Shown here: positions 46,924 through 59,630 of the stretch, piece after piece
How the letters are laid out: every line of letters starts with the position of its first letter
How positions within the stretch are numbered: the stretch's first letter is position 1
NCBI GenBank assembly: GCA_050084985.1
Contig: JBITNC010000001.1
Location: 48,732,001-48,796,000, forward strand
Reading direction: 5' to 3'
DNA: 64,000 nucleotides
From: Nageia nagi
Taxonomy: Eukaryota > Plantae > Pinophyta
Program-made: the position numbers and the translations under genes
Notes under the pieces: model-generated
Seen by the model: only the letters and a program-made list of their open reading frames with translations
Database searches by the model: none
What the model was told of the DNA's origin: nothing

Positions 46924-47950
46924 ATGTACCTATACCATGAGCATTTGACTTCATACATCAACATAGAATGTTCATATCTCCATGCTAGATACATATGGAT
47001 ATCTCTTGATATAAAGCCAACATCTCGATGTATTTACATTGTTATTTGTTAATTTCCTCTTATTTATTCACTATATTCTATTGTAGATGATGGTGACTCA
47101 CCTTACTTGAATCTTTATCATGAGATATCTTAGTTTTACCTCTTAGGTTATACCATGTTATTAGAGGATTCTAATTAATAGACAAGGACATCCCAATGCC
47201 ACCTATATGATATTTATTCATATCCTCTTCAGTTGTTAGAGATTGATCTCAATGGTTTAAACTTAACATGATAGTTAGATGATGTCAAGAAGAATAACAT
47301 ATTTTATGGAAAATACCTTATCAATCTAGAGGAATCATATGATTTAGTCATCATGATTAGGATTTCTCAATTCCCTCAATCTAATCATTCTACTTATTTT
47401 CCACTTGTTGGTGGTAATAGTATGGTCAATTATGATTTATCTAATATCCCCTTCACCTTTTCTATCATTGATTTTAATATATTTGATACGATCTACCCCT
47501 ATCCAACCATACACATCTTACCCTTGCCCTCCCACTCATATCATACCCTCTCACCCACATTCCTTCTTCTTACTCTCTACCCCTCCATATTTGCTTTTAC
47601 CATAATATTAATCATATCTACATAGAAAGACTAAAAACATATCTAATTAATTTCCACTATACACAATATCCCATCTTGCAGGTAGATCTCTTATTTAAAT
47701 CCATTTAGTTAGTCTCCATTGAATCCTTCCCCCATAGCATCAACATCCCACCTCCTTCTTCCCTTCACCATGTCCAATGCCCATGTAACATATGGTTTGA
47801 TAATGAATAGAATATCCTCCATAAAATCACCCACATTTCTATGCAACACAACTGCTCTATGTATAAAGATAATCTATAAAGTTTGGTATCCTATGGATTT
47901 TTTACACTCATCATAACTAAATTCTTTCACACTTGAACTTCAAGTACTTG
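46924..47950 (+). mobile_element. Continuation of the LINE split by Copia B (rest of the AP-endonuclease and linker)
   Basis: LYHEHLTSYINIECSYLHARYIWI, VIC*FP, LLEDSN (GDFN relic), STYFPLVGGNSMVNY (TCFP..G.S.VDY relic), CNIWFDNE. Confidence 0.7.
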
Positions 47951-48242
47951 CAAATAAAAACTAATGAGCAATAATACATAAGAAAGAGTTAAATCATCAA
48001 AAAATAAAAATCACTCCTTTAGAATAATGTTTCAACCAAAATATACTATGCTTACCACACATACAACATGCTCTCAAAAGATGGGAATTTCCACCTTCAC
48101 ACCATGCAATCTTCTTTGAACATAAAGCATGCACAAGATTCCCTTATAGATAATTTCCCTTCCTTTTTCATATTTTACGTGGTGATTGAATATTTCATTT
48201 ATTAATAAAGGAACCATGAATATTTCATTTATTGATAGAGTA

Positions 48243-49160
48243 TAAGGGTTTTGGAATATTCAACTAGGTTTAGGATTTTTTGCTATTATTGTTTGGGTTA
48301 TTTTTGTTGAGTTTTTTTGGGCAAAGGCTTTCCATTAAGGTTTAAGGTTTTTTTCATCAGGGTTTTCTCCATTAATTTAGGGTTTTTTCCATTAGGTTTA
48401 GGATTTTTTCTCGATAGGTTTTTGTTAGGGTTAGGTTTCCATTAGGTTTAGGGATTTCTTTTCATTAGGTTTTAATTAGGGTTAGGTTTTCATCAGGTTT
48501 AAGGTTTTTTCCATTAGGTTTCCATCAACTCTAGGGTTTTTTTTCAATCAACTTTAAGGTTTTTTCCATTAGGATTAAGGTTTCTTTTTGTTAGGTTTAA
48601 GGTTTTTTCTATGAGGTTCAGGGTTTCTTTCTATTAGGTTTCCTTCAACTTTAGGAATTTTTTCCATCAAGTTTAGGGTTTTTCCCATCATGTTTAAGGT
48701 TTTTTTCATTAAATTTAAGGTTTTTTCTATTAGGGTTAGGTTTTTGTTAGGTTTAGGGTTTTTTTTCTATTAGGTTTCCATAAGGTTTAATATTTTTTCC
48801 ATTAGGTTTCGATTAGGTTTAAGGTTATTTTTGTTAGTTTAAGGTTTTTTTCATTAGGTTTCAAAATATTTTTGTTAGATTTGAAAAATATGCTAGTAGT
48901 GTTTGACGAATATTCTTTTAATTTTAGGATTTTTTTGTTAAGGTTTGAGATTAGTTTTTTAGCGTTTGAATAATATTCCACTATTTAAGATTTTCTATTA
49001 AGGTTTAGAGAATATTTTACTATTTAAGTTTTTTTTATATGGTTTTGAAGAATATTTCATTAGGGCATTTTATTGTTAGGGTTTTCTTCCATTAAGATTT
49101 TTGCCATTTAAGTTTTTCATCATTTTTTTTAGGGTTTAGAAATTTTTTACTATTAGGGTT
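48243..49160. repeat. Degenerate telomere-like minisatellite (ttccattaggtttagggtttt-type units)
   Basis: Dozens of TTAGG(G)TTT variants, including several exact TTTAGGG, all on one strand. Confidence 0.8.
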
Positions 49161-49379
49161 CTATTATATTTTCTTTTCCATATCATAGTCAAAAACTCCA
49201 TCATGTTGGCATCTCTTTTGTTGCATAGTTTTCGGTACCATACAACTCATCGAGAATCGATCTCGTATAATATCTTGTAGATGTCCTCACTAGGAAATAT
49301 TTTTCTAAATCCATTCATTGGTAAGTTAGAGATCATTAGCATCAATTAATGGTATAAAAAACTCTTTTTCCTAACATCA

Positions 49380-49850
49380 TGATAGTAAAGTTAATCTTCC
49401 ATGGGCCTCAATCTACACACTAGCTAAATCTCCACTTTCTTGAGAAAATATGTAGTAAGTGAAAACTTGGCATGGGGTTTTTGCATAGTTGCAAATGAAA
49501 GTAAATAAAGAAGGAAATGCAGCTCAAGTGTAATATCCAAAAATTTTCCAACAAACTCTTGGTATACTTCATCTATGAAGTTAATATATGATCTTATATA
49601 TGTCAAACATCTAATCTAAGCGAATAATGAAGTAAACCAAGATCAATCATGTTGAATAATTTTTTGAGGTCATTCTTACAAGATAAAATCAAATCCTCAA
49701 TACTCCTTGTGATGAGAAAATAATTGACATACAATACAATAATGATAATTTACTTCCATAGTTACATAGTAAGAAAATACAAAAGGGGATATTCTAAGAC
49801 TAGCACATATCATACTAAGTGATATGTAAAGTCTTTGAGCCTATGGATAT
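49380..49850 (-). mobile_element. Highly degenerate Copia RT fragment
   Basis: Minus-strand IIIIVLYVNYFLIT (LYVDD relic) and KKLFNMIDLGLLHY. Confidence 0.55.
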
Positions 49851-49852
49851 AT

Positions 49853-52800
49853 GAGATTCATCACATAGAGATTTCTTCACATCTAAAATTCAAGTGTTTG
49901 TAAAATAATTAACACCATCAATCACACAAAATAGTGGATATAAATATTCACCCAAGCTAAATTAATTTGGAAAAACCCATCCAAAAGTAGAACTTTTTAC
50001 AAGTATTAATACTAAAAACTAATGAAGGTGTATCTTACTCCTCAAAGTCACTTATATTTTTTTTTTCACAATATCCACATTAATATACATATAATAAGTC
50101 TACCACATACACATCATGTTCTCCCATGATTTGCATTACCACCTACACATCATAATATCCCTCTCAACATAATATATGAATACAACTCCATCCTTAAGAG
50201 AAAACTAGAATGGAGCATATATCCATTCTTAAATCATTAAATGATTCATGGGATGTCTCTTGAGTTTCTCTTTGGATATGATTTATTAAATAAATAATAA
50301 ATTATTTTTAGGCATCTTCATTTTGTCCCTCTTTGGATATGAAATGAAAAGCATTGAAATTGCATAATCCAAAGAAGTATAGAGAAGAGAAAAAGATTTT
50401 CAATAGTAAAATGGACTTACCTATTTTGATCAATATGTCGAGTATGGTATGTTGTTTGCCTCCTTTTGGTCTTGGTTACCCCTAACTCTTACTATGTCAG
50501 GTAAGTAATCCAAAAATAAGAGTCCATCTATAAGGTAAGCAGTCTATGCCAATCCTACTCACCCAAATAATACTTGTAAAACAAAGCAACATATACTCTC
50601 ATAGATCACATCCATGAAATAATAAGCAATGTAAATAGCAATGATGAAATTAATACAATATGCAGTGGGTGCCTTAGAGGGTCTTTTTACAAATGGGTAC
50701 CCTAAAGGGTCTTTTTATAAATGGGTTACTCAGAGGGTCTTCTTATAAATGGGTGCCCTGAAGGGTCTTTTTATAAATGGGTTCCCTAATGGGTCTTTTT
50801 ATAAATGGGTGCCCTGGAGGGAATTTTTATAAATGGGTGCCCTAGATGATATTTTTAATCCTATAAGTGATAAGAGATATTGCTCATGGAGTGAACATGG
50901 CTTGTAAACAATTGTCGGTAGAATAACATTCAATTTTTATCAATATGTCATATATTTAAACATTCAATGGCATCAATTAAAAAATGATTTATAGCAATTG
51001 CATGCCATTGGTAGAATAAGGTTTTCCATATCAAGTGCAAAAATTTGAGAGATATTCAATTGACGATCACCCATATCATTTTATATTGTTTTGTAAATGA
51101 AATAACATTTCCATTTTCCATAAAATTTTCAAGATAGAGAATGAAATAGCAATATTTGACCATATATTCAATTTTTCCAAGCAATTATGATATCACTTAG
51201 GAGAATTCATTCAATTAGCATTGAAAATAGTCATTCATATATGCAATGTTTCATAAACAATGCAATAATACTATATCATACTAGATTTTCAAAGATACAA
51301 TGGCCATGCATTTCATTAGGAAAACATGCATTTTGTTTGAAATAGAAATCATAAGAATAGCATACGCAATATTCACTTTTAATATAAGATATTTAAAAAA
51401 GATATAGTGGTTTTAATTAATCAATTCCAATAAATATCATAAACATGACCAATATTAAAAATGTTTGAGATAATATACTTTACCTATGCCCCATGAATGG
51501 GCATTTTTATACTTTTTTATTTTGAATCCTAAATTTTTTCCTTCTGATTTTCAATATCTAATTTCTATCATGCCCTGGTTAAAACTAAAATTGCCCCCAA
51601 CTGAAACTCATACTGCCCCTAGCTGAGTCTATATTAATTTTTTTCTAATGTATTTTATTTTTTTTATTTTCAATGAAATGCAACTATTATGCGATGCAAT
51701 GACTAGACATAAGACCACCCTATACATGAAGCATTCAATTAGCATGGCAAATTTAAGGAACTTGAAGAGAGATAAAGAAAACATTTGATGAAAGAAGGCA
51801 TGATGAAATGATGAGGATGAAAAGATGGAAAGAGAAAATAAGAAGCAAAAGAACATGGTTGAAAAGATAAAGATGCGAAGATAACATGATTAAAAAACTT
51901 GATACAATTTGCTATGGTAATCAAATGCATGCAATGGAATGACTTATGATATGCAACTATATGAAATGCATCCTATATAATATGGAAAATTTAGAAATTA
52001 TAGTACATTAGGGGGTGGTGAAACCCCTATCAGTTTAGCACATTTTTCTATGAAAAGTGGAATTTCTTTATGCACATTTTTCTCTTCATTATCTTTAACT
52101 TAGGTTGCTATTCTCTCATAAAGATTAATGCATTCTAGTTGTACCTCTAGAATATATGTGTTGAATTCTTGCAAATACTTAGTAATGAGTGTAATCTTAA
52201 ATTGATATTTTTGAAAAGGCCAATATATTTGCTTTCTATATTCTTGTAACTAAATCTCAACTGGATCCAATTGTACTTAAATTTTTCCTATGTTTTCCTA
52301 ACTGGTTGGATGTGCAGAACAAGAACCATCATTGCCATTACTATTTTCACACTATTGGTGGCATTCAAATAGTATGGCACACTGTTGATGATGTGCTTCC
52401 TCTTCATAGTTTTCCTAAAATTTCACAATTTGATTTTCAATACCTGAATATAAAGCATGCTAAGGGAGCTGATATTTATCCTATGCAAACATGTCTAAAA
52501 TTATAGCCTTCAAATCATGATAAGGATTTGTAGCATGACCCTTTATTTGGTGATAAGTACAATAAGTATCCTCATTTCCCATTGGAATATTACTATTTGT
52601 TGCACTTCTTTCTAGTGGCATCAATAAATCTCTTTGTATTAGATCTTTGAAAATAAACCTTAGCTGATGTCCACCAAGTATTTCAAATTTGGGGGCCTCT
52701 CGATTGGGTGGTGGGGAATAATTATGGTCATCTTGTTTAGGTGTTTCTATAATGTGAGAATCTTATGTTTTCAATGTTTCCTGAGATGTTACCTTTTGCC

Positions 52801-54719
52801 AACATTATTTTGGTTCTACTTGTTGAGATGGAATTCAAATTTGAGGTTTAGGTTGAGGTTTCGATTGTAGTTTCAGGGGAGAAGTTGTTTGATTTTGTTG
52901 CTTTTGTGTAATTTTCTTCTCAAACTTTTGTATACAATATTGCCTAACATATGGATCTTCTAACAATTTATCTAATTCTTTTCTCAAAAATACATGATAT
53001 TTTTCTTTCAATTAAAGATCATTATAAATGCTAAACATTAAAGAAGGATTGGCTAACATATGCTCTGTAATTTTCTAAAATTGATCTTGAGGTGTCAAAT
53101 ATTCAAATGCAATATCATATAGTTCAAAGTCATCCATAGCTTCAAGGTTTAAATGTGCATCGTAATCAAATTCTACCATATAATCATCACTATCACTATC
53201 AATATCATGCACTTGATTTTCTATGATTAACATATCATTTTGCACATCATCATCATTTACAGTAGTCAAGCATGAATTTGGTAAACTCATTTCATTAGAA
53301 GATTTTCTATTGTTATTTTGCACAACATCAATATTCTTAGACATTTTTTGTGTAGGAGGAGGTGCAAATAAATCACTTATGCCATTCAAATATTCAAATG
53401 GACCATTTTTAGATGCAATATCCATTATAAAATGCAAACAAATATAAAAAATATTTTTATATGAAAACCTCAAGAAACCTTGATAAAAATGCATGAAAAA
53501 AGCTCAAATTAATCCAAAAAAGTTGCCTAGTATGAGGACCTATGGGTTTGGCAATTTTGGAGCTTGAAATAAGTCACCAAATAGTTGCAAAATATTTTCA
53601 AAATTAATGACAAAATATTTTCAAAATTAATGATTTTCAAATGTGACATTTTTTGCAAAAATATTTTCAAAATCACTCAAAATATGAAAATCTAGACCTA
53701 GAAAAATTGGAAAAATTTTCCAATTATATTTACCTATGGTTTGGACAAATTTTTGTAATGCTAGATCCCACCAATTAAAGAAAATGACCTCCAAAAATTG
53801 GGTGTTTCTACATTGAATTTTTAGAAAAATATTTTTTTTTTCAAAGTAATAAATTTTCTATATTTGGAGAAAATTAATTCAACCAAAAAGAAAACAAAAC
53901 CTAGGGTTTCCAATGCAAAACTCCTTAGAAAAAGCAATGCCCAAAAATAAAAATTTTAGGGTTTGTAAGATACGTTGGGGTTCACCAAAATGTAGACTCT
54001 TAAATTGTGCAAATATATGAATAAACATAATTAAATAAATATTCTATAATATACAATAGACACTATATCAGATTGTAATAGATATACATGAAAAGTGTGC
54101 ATCTTATATGAGATTTGAGTAAAATCCTCAACGAATCTTCGAAGGATTGGGATTGAACTCATGGTGAGCTCACAACTAATCTTTGTGTGCATGAATCAAT
54201 AGCTCAACCATCCAAGCCTGAAACCCTTGATCTAGAAGACACATGTTGTTGATGCTTGAGAGAAGCACGCTACTACTAACATAGGAGAAGCACACTGTTG
54301 ACTATGTGGAATGTGTCAAATTATGATGTGTGCCAAAGAAAGTCCAAAACTCAGAGTATAACAAATTCTCAAGATAAGTGGTATCCAGAGACACCGTTAC
54401 AGTTAACAACCACCTATCAGAGTTCTTTTTCAATATTAAAAGAGTTTCAATATTTGAAGATCAACCTATTCATCTATTTATATAGCCTACAAAAGACATA
54501 AAAAGGAGTGAAGGTCGATCTCTTGCAATAATATAATCATTGTTATATTCAAGATACTTTAAAATAAGACCCATACTATATAATATAGCATTTAATATAA
54601 TACATGATATTGCATTATAATATCCTTTTATCTGGACATATGTAATATTGCATTAAATCATTTAAGAAGTCTAAATATGATTTATTAAATAAATAATAAA
54701 TCATTTTTAAGCATCTACA
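49853..54719 (-). mobile_element. Degenerate non-chromoviral (Tat-like) Gypsy relic. 5' LTR 53991-54719, tRNA-Trp-type PBS ~53972-53987, gag traces ~52300-53500, repeat-bearing 3' region, PPT ~50323-50334, second LTR terminus ending at 50320
   Basis: TGTAGA...TCTACA LTR termini; reverse-complement PBS ...ACGTTGGGGTTCACCA; ~47-bp LTR-terminal match (50274-50320 vs 54673-54719); FIFKDLIQ gag-like trace. Lineage assignment is inference. Confidence 0.55.
50666..50858. repeat. 28-bp tandem repeat, ~7 copies (TGGGTGCCCTAGAGGGTCTTTTTATAAA)
   Basis: Units start at 50666, 50694, 50722, 50750, 50778, 50806 and 50834. Confidence 0.9.
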
Positions 54720-54850
54720 TATCTACAATAAAGCTCTATATACTATCACTAACAATCTACATGCTATTATTTGACTTAGTTTTATTTATTTTTATAATAA
54801 TATAATATTTTTTTATAATTCTTTATTCTTTCAAATAATTAGACTAATAT

Positions 54851-54878
54851 AATATATATATATATATATACATATACA

Positions 54879-54914
<36 letters not shown>

Positions 54915-54939
54915 TATATTGTGTGTGTGTGTGTGTGTG
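54851..54939. repeat. Compound microsatellite (AT)n(ACAT)n(AT)n(GT)n
   Basis: Read directly. Confidence 0.95.
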
Positions 54940-57510
54940 AGATCAACATATTCATTCAATTATACATCATTGGAACTTATAGTAAAACTCTCCATTCTAA
55001 GAAAGAGGTATTTGCCTTGAGTTTTTATTCATTATTTGAGATGATACCTTTTAACTATGAATCTCATAATGTATTGAATTTGAAGATAATTGTGATTTTA
55101 TAAATTTTCAGGTATATTATGTACTACATTTATTTTATATGCTTGAATTGTAAAATATGTCTAATATTCCCTCTAGGATCCTTTAAATATAATTCCTGGT
55201 CATCCCCATCCCTTCACTAAGGATATAAAATTTGCCTAGCATGGTATAATATAAGATCTCATAATCTTCTTATTATTAATGAAGTCCTTAAGGGTGAAGA
55301 AGAAAATGCTTGAATTAATTATTCTTATAATGAAAATCCTAAACAAAATCCCATAAATTTTCATTCTCTTAACCTTGAAGAAGAATCATATATTTTATCC
55401 TATGTTAAGCAAGTAAAATATTAGTCAAGCTGTAAGAAATATAACCCATAATGGGGTATAAATCCTAACTTGAGCACATATCCAAGATGTCATTTATAAC
55501 TTCTAATTTAGGATTAATCATAATATAAGAACCAAATTCCATATAAGTAAATGGGTTTTTAGTGAGAGCACATCCTTAAAAATGCTTTGATAATTTAAAA
55601 GCACTCAAAATATGTTTAAAACCTACAAGTGAACTAAAAAATAAATAAATAAAATTAAAAATATCTTCTAAGGTCTTTTGTACTTGAGCACATACAATCA
55701 ATAAATCACTTAGGTGATTTTATCTATAAACACCCAAAAATAAATTAGAATCTTATTATTACGATGATGATCATTTAACAATAAAAATAAAAAGAGTGTG
55801 ATAATAAGTTTCTTTTGAGATTCCTACCTATTAAAGAACTATCAATCACGTGAAATCTATCCTTTAGTTTTTTCATCATAATCATAGTTAATAGTCTTAG
55901 TTAATTATTACTTTTATGTTAGTTTATCATTATTCCCTTATCTACAACATGGAGCTAGCTGATGTTCGAATCCAGTCCAATCCAACATCAATAATTACAT
56001 ACACAATTTAACCATCAAATCTTATCATCATGTACGGATACAAAATATCTCTTAAAATTCTGTAATATTATATCATATTGGGATGCATTTACTATGAGAG
56101 AGTATTTGATGGTCTAGATGTCGACATGAACAATTGTGGAGCCTAATCAATTTTACTATATTTTATCACTAAATCAATTTTCACATAAGATAAATCTAAT
56201 GAACATTATACCTAATAAATGTATAATAAAAAATACATTATATATATATAATATATATATATAACAATTATTTAAAAATAAAATTATAAATGATGAATTG
56301 ACAATGATACCCATTTATATGAACCATGTTGTCAACCTACCTCTCTAGCATAAAGAGATTCATGTGATGAAGCCCCTTATTCAAACAATGCCGAATTAAT
56401 ATACAACTCTTACCCTTATTAAAAACAAATAATTGAAATAAAATATAAGATATTCATATAACCAAATATTTGATAAGTAATATATAAACAAAAAAGTATT
56501 AAAATATTTATAATGTAAGATAATGAAATTTAAGAAAATTCACAATTACTTATAGTTTTTTTTGTTTTTTTAGTTGTTTACCCCTTGAAATATAATAAAT
56601 AATGAAATTTTATTTATTTTATTTTAATATCTTATTTTTTATATAAAAATTATTTTAATTTTTTATTATTAAACTAATGTTTGTGTTTCGATGCGTTGTG
56701 AAGAATGAGGCCGCTATGTCTGACGCTCCTCTTTGGTTTGGCATCCATTCTCTCTTTCTGGTTTTCTTCAGTTGGAGAGTTATTCTGACTAACCTCAATA
56801 TACGGGCTTTTCCTCTTCTGAAACCACGCACGCTTCTCTCCTATGGAAGTCTCTTTGTATGTGTGTGTTTGCATATTTTATATATTTCAGGTTTTGATAT
56901 GTTTGGAACGTTTTCGACTAAAATTTAACTTATATTTATGTTAATTAAATTCAATTAGTAAGTTATAATCTTTTAACATAATATAGTTTTTCATTTAAAA
57001 AAAAAATAGTAAGTTATATATATTTTTAGATAAGTCAAAAAAAAAAAATTTATATGTATTGATTAATAATAAATTTGATTATTTTTATATAAAATACTTA
57101 ATGAAATTTTGAATATACAAAAGGTTTAATATTATTATATTTTTATTCTTAGTAAAATTATTGTTCTATATAAGATGTTGACTATATCATTTGACTTCAA
57201 GCTTGTAAAGAGTCATTTGATAATTATTTAATGGTATCTAGTTAATGATGATCTTACTTGATATACTTAAATGTTATAAATTATATTTTATCTATTTACT
57301 CATAATGACAACGACATGATAATTGGTATATAATTATAATGTAGTATTTAATCTATTATTTGATTAAATGAATCACTTATTCAAAAATAAATTATTTTTA
57401 GTTGTGATCCTGTTGGTTGATGGAATATTACTAATTATAATTTATATATTTATTGATAATGTTAAGAAGAATGTCATCATTTTTTTAGTTTAATCTTAAA
57501 ATGGTATTGT

Positions 57511-57790
57511 TTACTAACAATACTCAGTATTTTGACCATCTCAGCAAGGATATCAAAATGAGATATAGTTCTTCTAATGGAGTTTTTAAAATTTAATCTT
57601 ATTGAGAGGTTTACTAACAATACTCAATATTTTGATCATCTTAACAAGGATATCAAAATGAGATAGGTCTTCTAATGGAGTTTCTGAAATTTAATCTTAT
57701 TGAGAGGTTTACTAAAAATACTCAATATTTTGATCATCTTAGCAAGGATATCAAAATGAGATAGGTCTTCTAATGGAGTTTCTAAAATTT
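57511..57790. repeat. ~99-bp tandem repeat, nearly 3 copies
   Basis: Units start at 57511, 57611 and 57709 (ttacta-caatactca-tattttga-catct...caaggatatcaaaatgagata...tcttctaatggagtt). Confidence 0.9.
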
Positions 57791-58484
57791 AGTCATAAAG
57801 ATAGGTTGATTATAGTAAGAATAAGAAATATTATATTCAATGATGAAGTAGTGATCACACACACTAATACTAGCACTACTTCCTAGTTTCTATACCACCT
57901 CAATAATATCAATCTTAGACTAATGGACCAAACCAATAATTACAAGATAGTCATTGTGCTTATCGATTGTATCATTTAACTTCAAGCTTGTAAAGAGTCG
58001 TCCTTGATAACTGTTTAAGAGCAAAAGTGTGGCAAGTCTAACAATAAGGATAAACCTTGTTTTCTCTATATGTTGTTGTAGGAAAATAGTCCCTACAATT
58101 TGTTTTAATGTTAATATATCATTACAAACTAGTTAAGGTAAAGAATGGGTATTTTGCTCACAGTATAAGAGTTAACAGTATTGAAATTGTATAGCAATTG
58201 TTGACTATCATTAGTAATATTATCATTGATAGAGTTTATCAATTTATGTTATAAAATTCTATATGTTTGATCGATTCTGTCCCTTAAATTATTTATGTTT
58301 GTGTGGTTTGCCTTATTACATCAAGTGGTGTCAAATAATTGTGTTAATTTTTGGTATGATGTCTTGGTCATTTGTTGTTTGACTAGTTAGTATTGCAAGG
58401 TTACCTATGTATCTTAGTAGTAGAGCATTGGGGTGTGTAGAACTTTGGCTAGTTGCAGAGTTTGATCTAGTGGAGATATTCATC

Positions 58485-59630
58485 TGAGTAGCACTGTTTA
58501 ACACTAAGTTTTTTGTTGAAGAACAAGGAACTAAAGGAGATAATTCATATACCAATATGAACAGATTCATAGTGAATGTGAAGATAAATGGAGCAATCTA
58601 TTATATTGAAAACCCTAGAAGAGTTAGATATTAAACTTCATACGACTAAAGAGAACAAGTTTGATGTGGACAATATTGAGATGAAATGCCTCATAAAAGA
58701 CTTTGAGCATGCTACAAATATGGTTATGTATAAAATCTATTCATTTGAAAACTACTGCTAAGGAAAAGGTAGGAGGTACATACTACCTTTAGAATGGAGA
58801 TGCACATGGTGACTAAGTCAATTCATTATTGCTTACAAACCCCTTAGACTATCTAGATTCTAACTAAGACATGGATGGTATTCAGCTTGATGATATCAAT
58901 GAAGATGAATATTGTTGAAGTAAGCATGAGTTGGACTTCTTAGAAGATTTAAAGAGCAAGGAGGAGCCTTGTGAGGTCCTTATAGAAGTCATACACTTGG
59001 AGAGTGGAATATACAAATGCAATCCTATGAAGACTAAGGTAGAACTGCTTATTGAGATAGACTATGGTGTTGAAATCCTTCCAATGCTAAAGGAAAAAAA
59101 TAAAAAATCAATGATGGACACTTATTTGGTGAGATAAGTGATTTTATTTTCTTTTTTGATAATACTGAGAATGGATGTGGTCATGAGTGCCATGAAGGAT
59201 GATTGGCATGAGAGCCAATGCTTGATTGAATTATTTTTAAAATAAAATATAGTTAATATGATAGTAAGTGCCATGATGTATAGTTTTCCTAAGAACCATT
59301 GGGAGCGCTTGTTGGGGAATCAATAGTGTAGAGTTCAAGAGTGGATGGATGCAAAGTACATCGAGCTCAATAAGAGGACTATAGTAATCTGTTCTTGCAT
59401 AATACCAATTCAAATATTTAGGTATTAGAATCCTTATGTTGATAATCCCAACCAACATTGAAATTGAAAAAATGAAAAGGAAGACCCAATTTTGACCGTG
59501 AGCAGGTCAAAAATACCTTGTAGAGTAAGCTAATAAATATCTTAGGAAAAGAGGATGGTGTAGATCATACCATGATTACAAAGGATGAAACTATTTTGGG
59601 GAATAGTTTGTTCAACATGATTGGGCATAC
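58485..59630 (+). repeat. Copy 1 of a >1.1-kb direct duplication with decayed coding character (unidentified)
   Basis: 58485-59233 matches 60558-61283, and 59262-59627 matches 63631-64000. Confidence 0.85.

Noticed and set aside
53075-53494. 139-aa acidic minus-strand ORF as a host gene
   Set aside because: It sits just downstream of the PBS of the Tat-like relic, where a gag N-terminus is expected; no splice or homology support for a host gene.
56698-56790. C/D-box snoRNA or miRNA hairpin (GTGAAGA...CTGA...CTGA)
   Set aside because: The C box is imperfect, there is no proper terminal stem, only ~7 nt of recalled rRNA complementarity, and no match to conserved miRNAs I know. An Rfam scan would settle it.
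50666-57790. CRISPR-like appearance of the 28-bp and 99-bp arrays
   Set aside because: Head-to-tail repeats without unique spacers, in a eukaryotic context with no cas genes.
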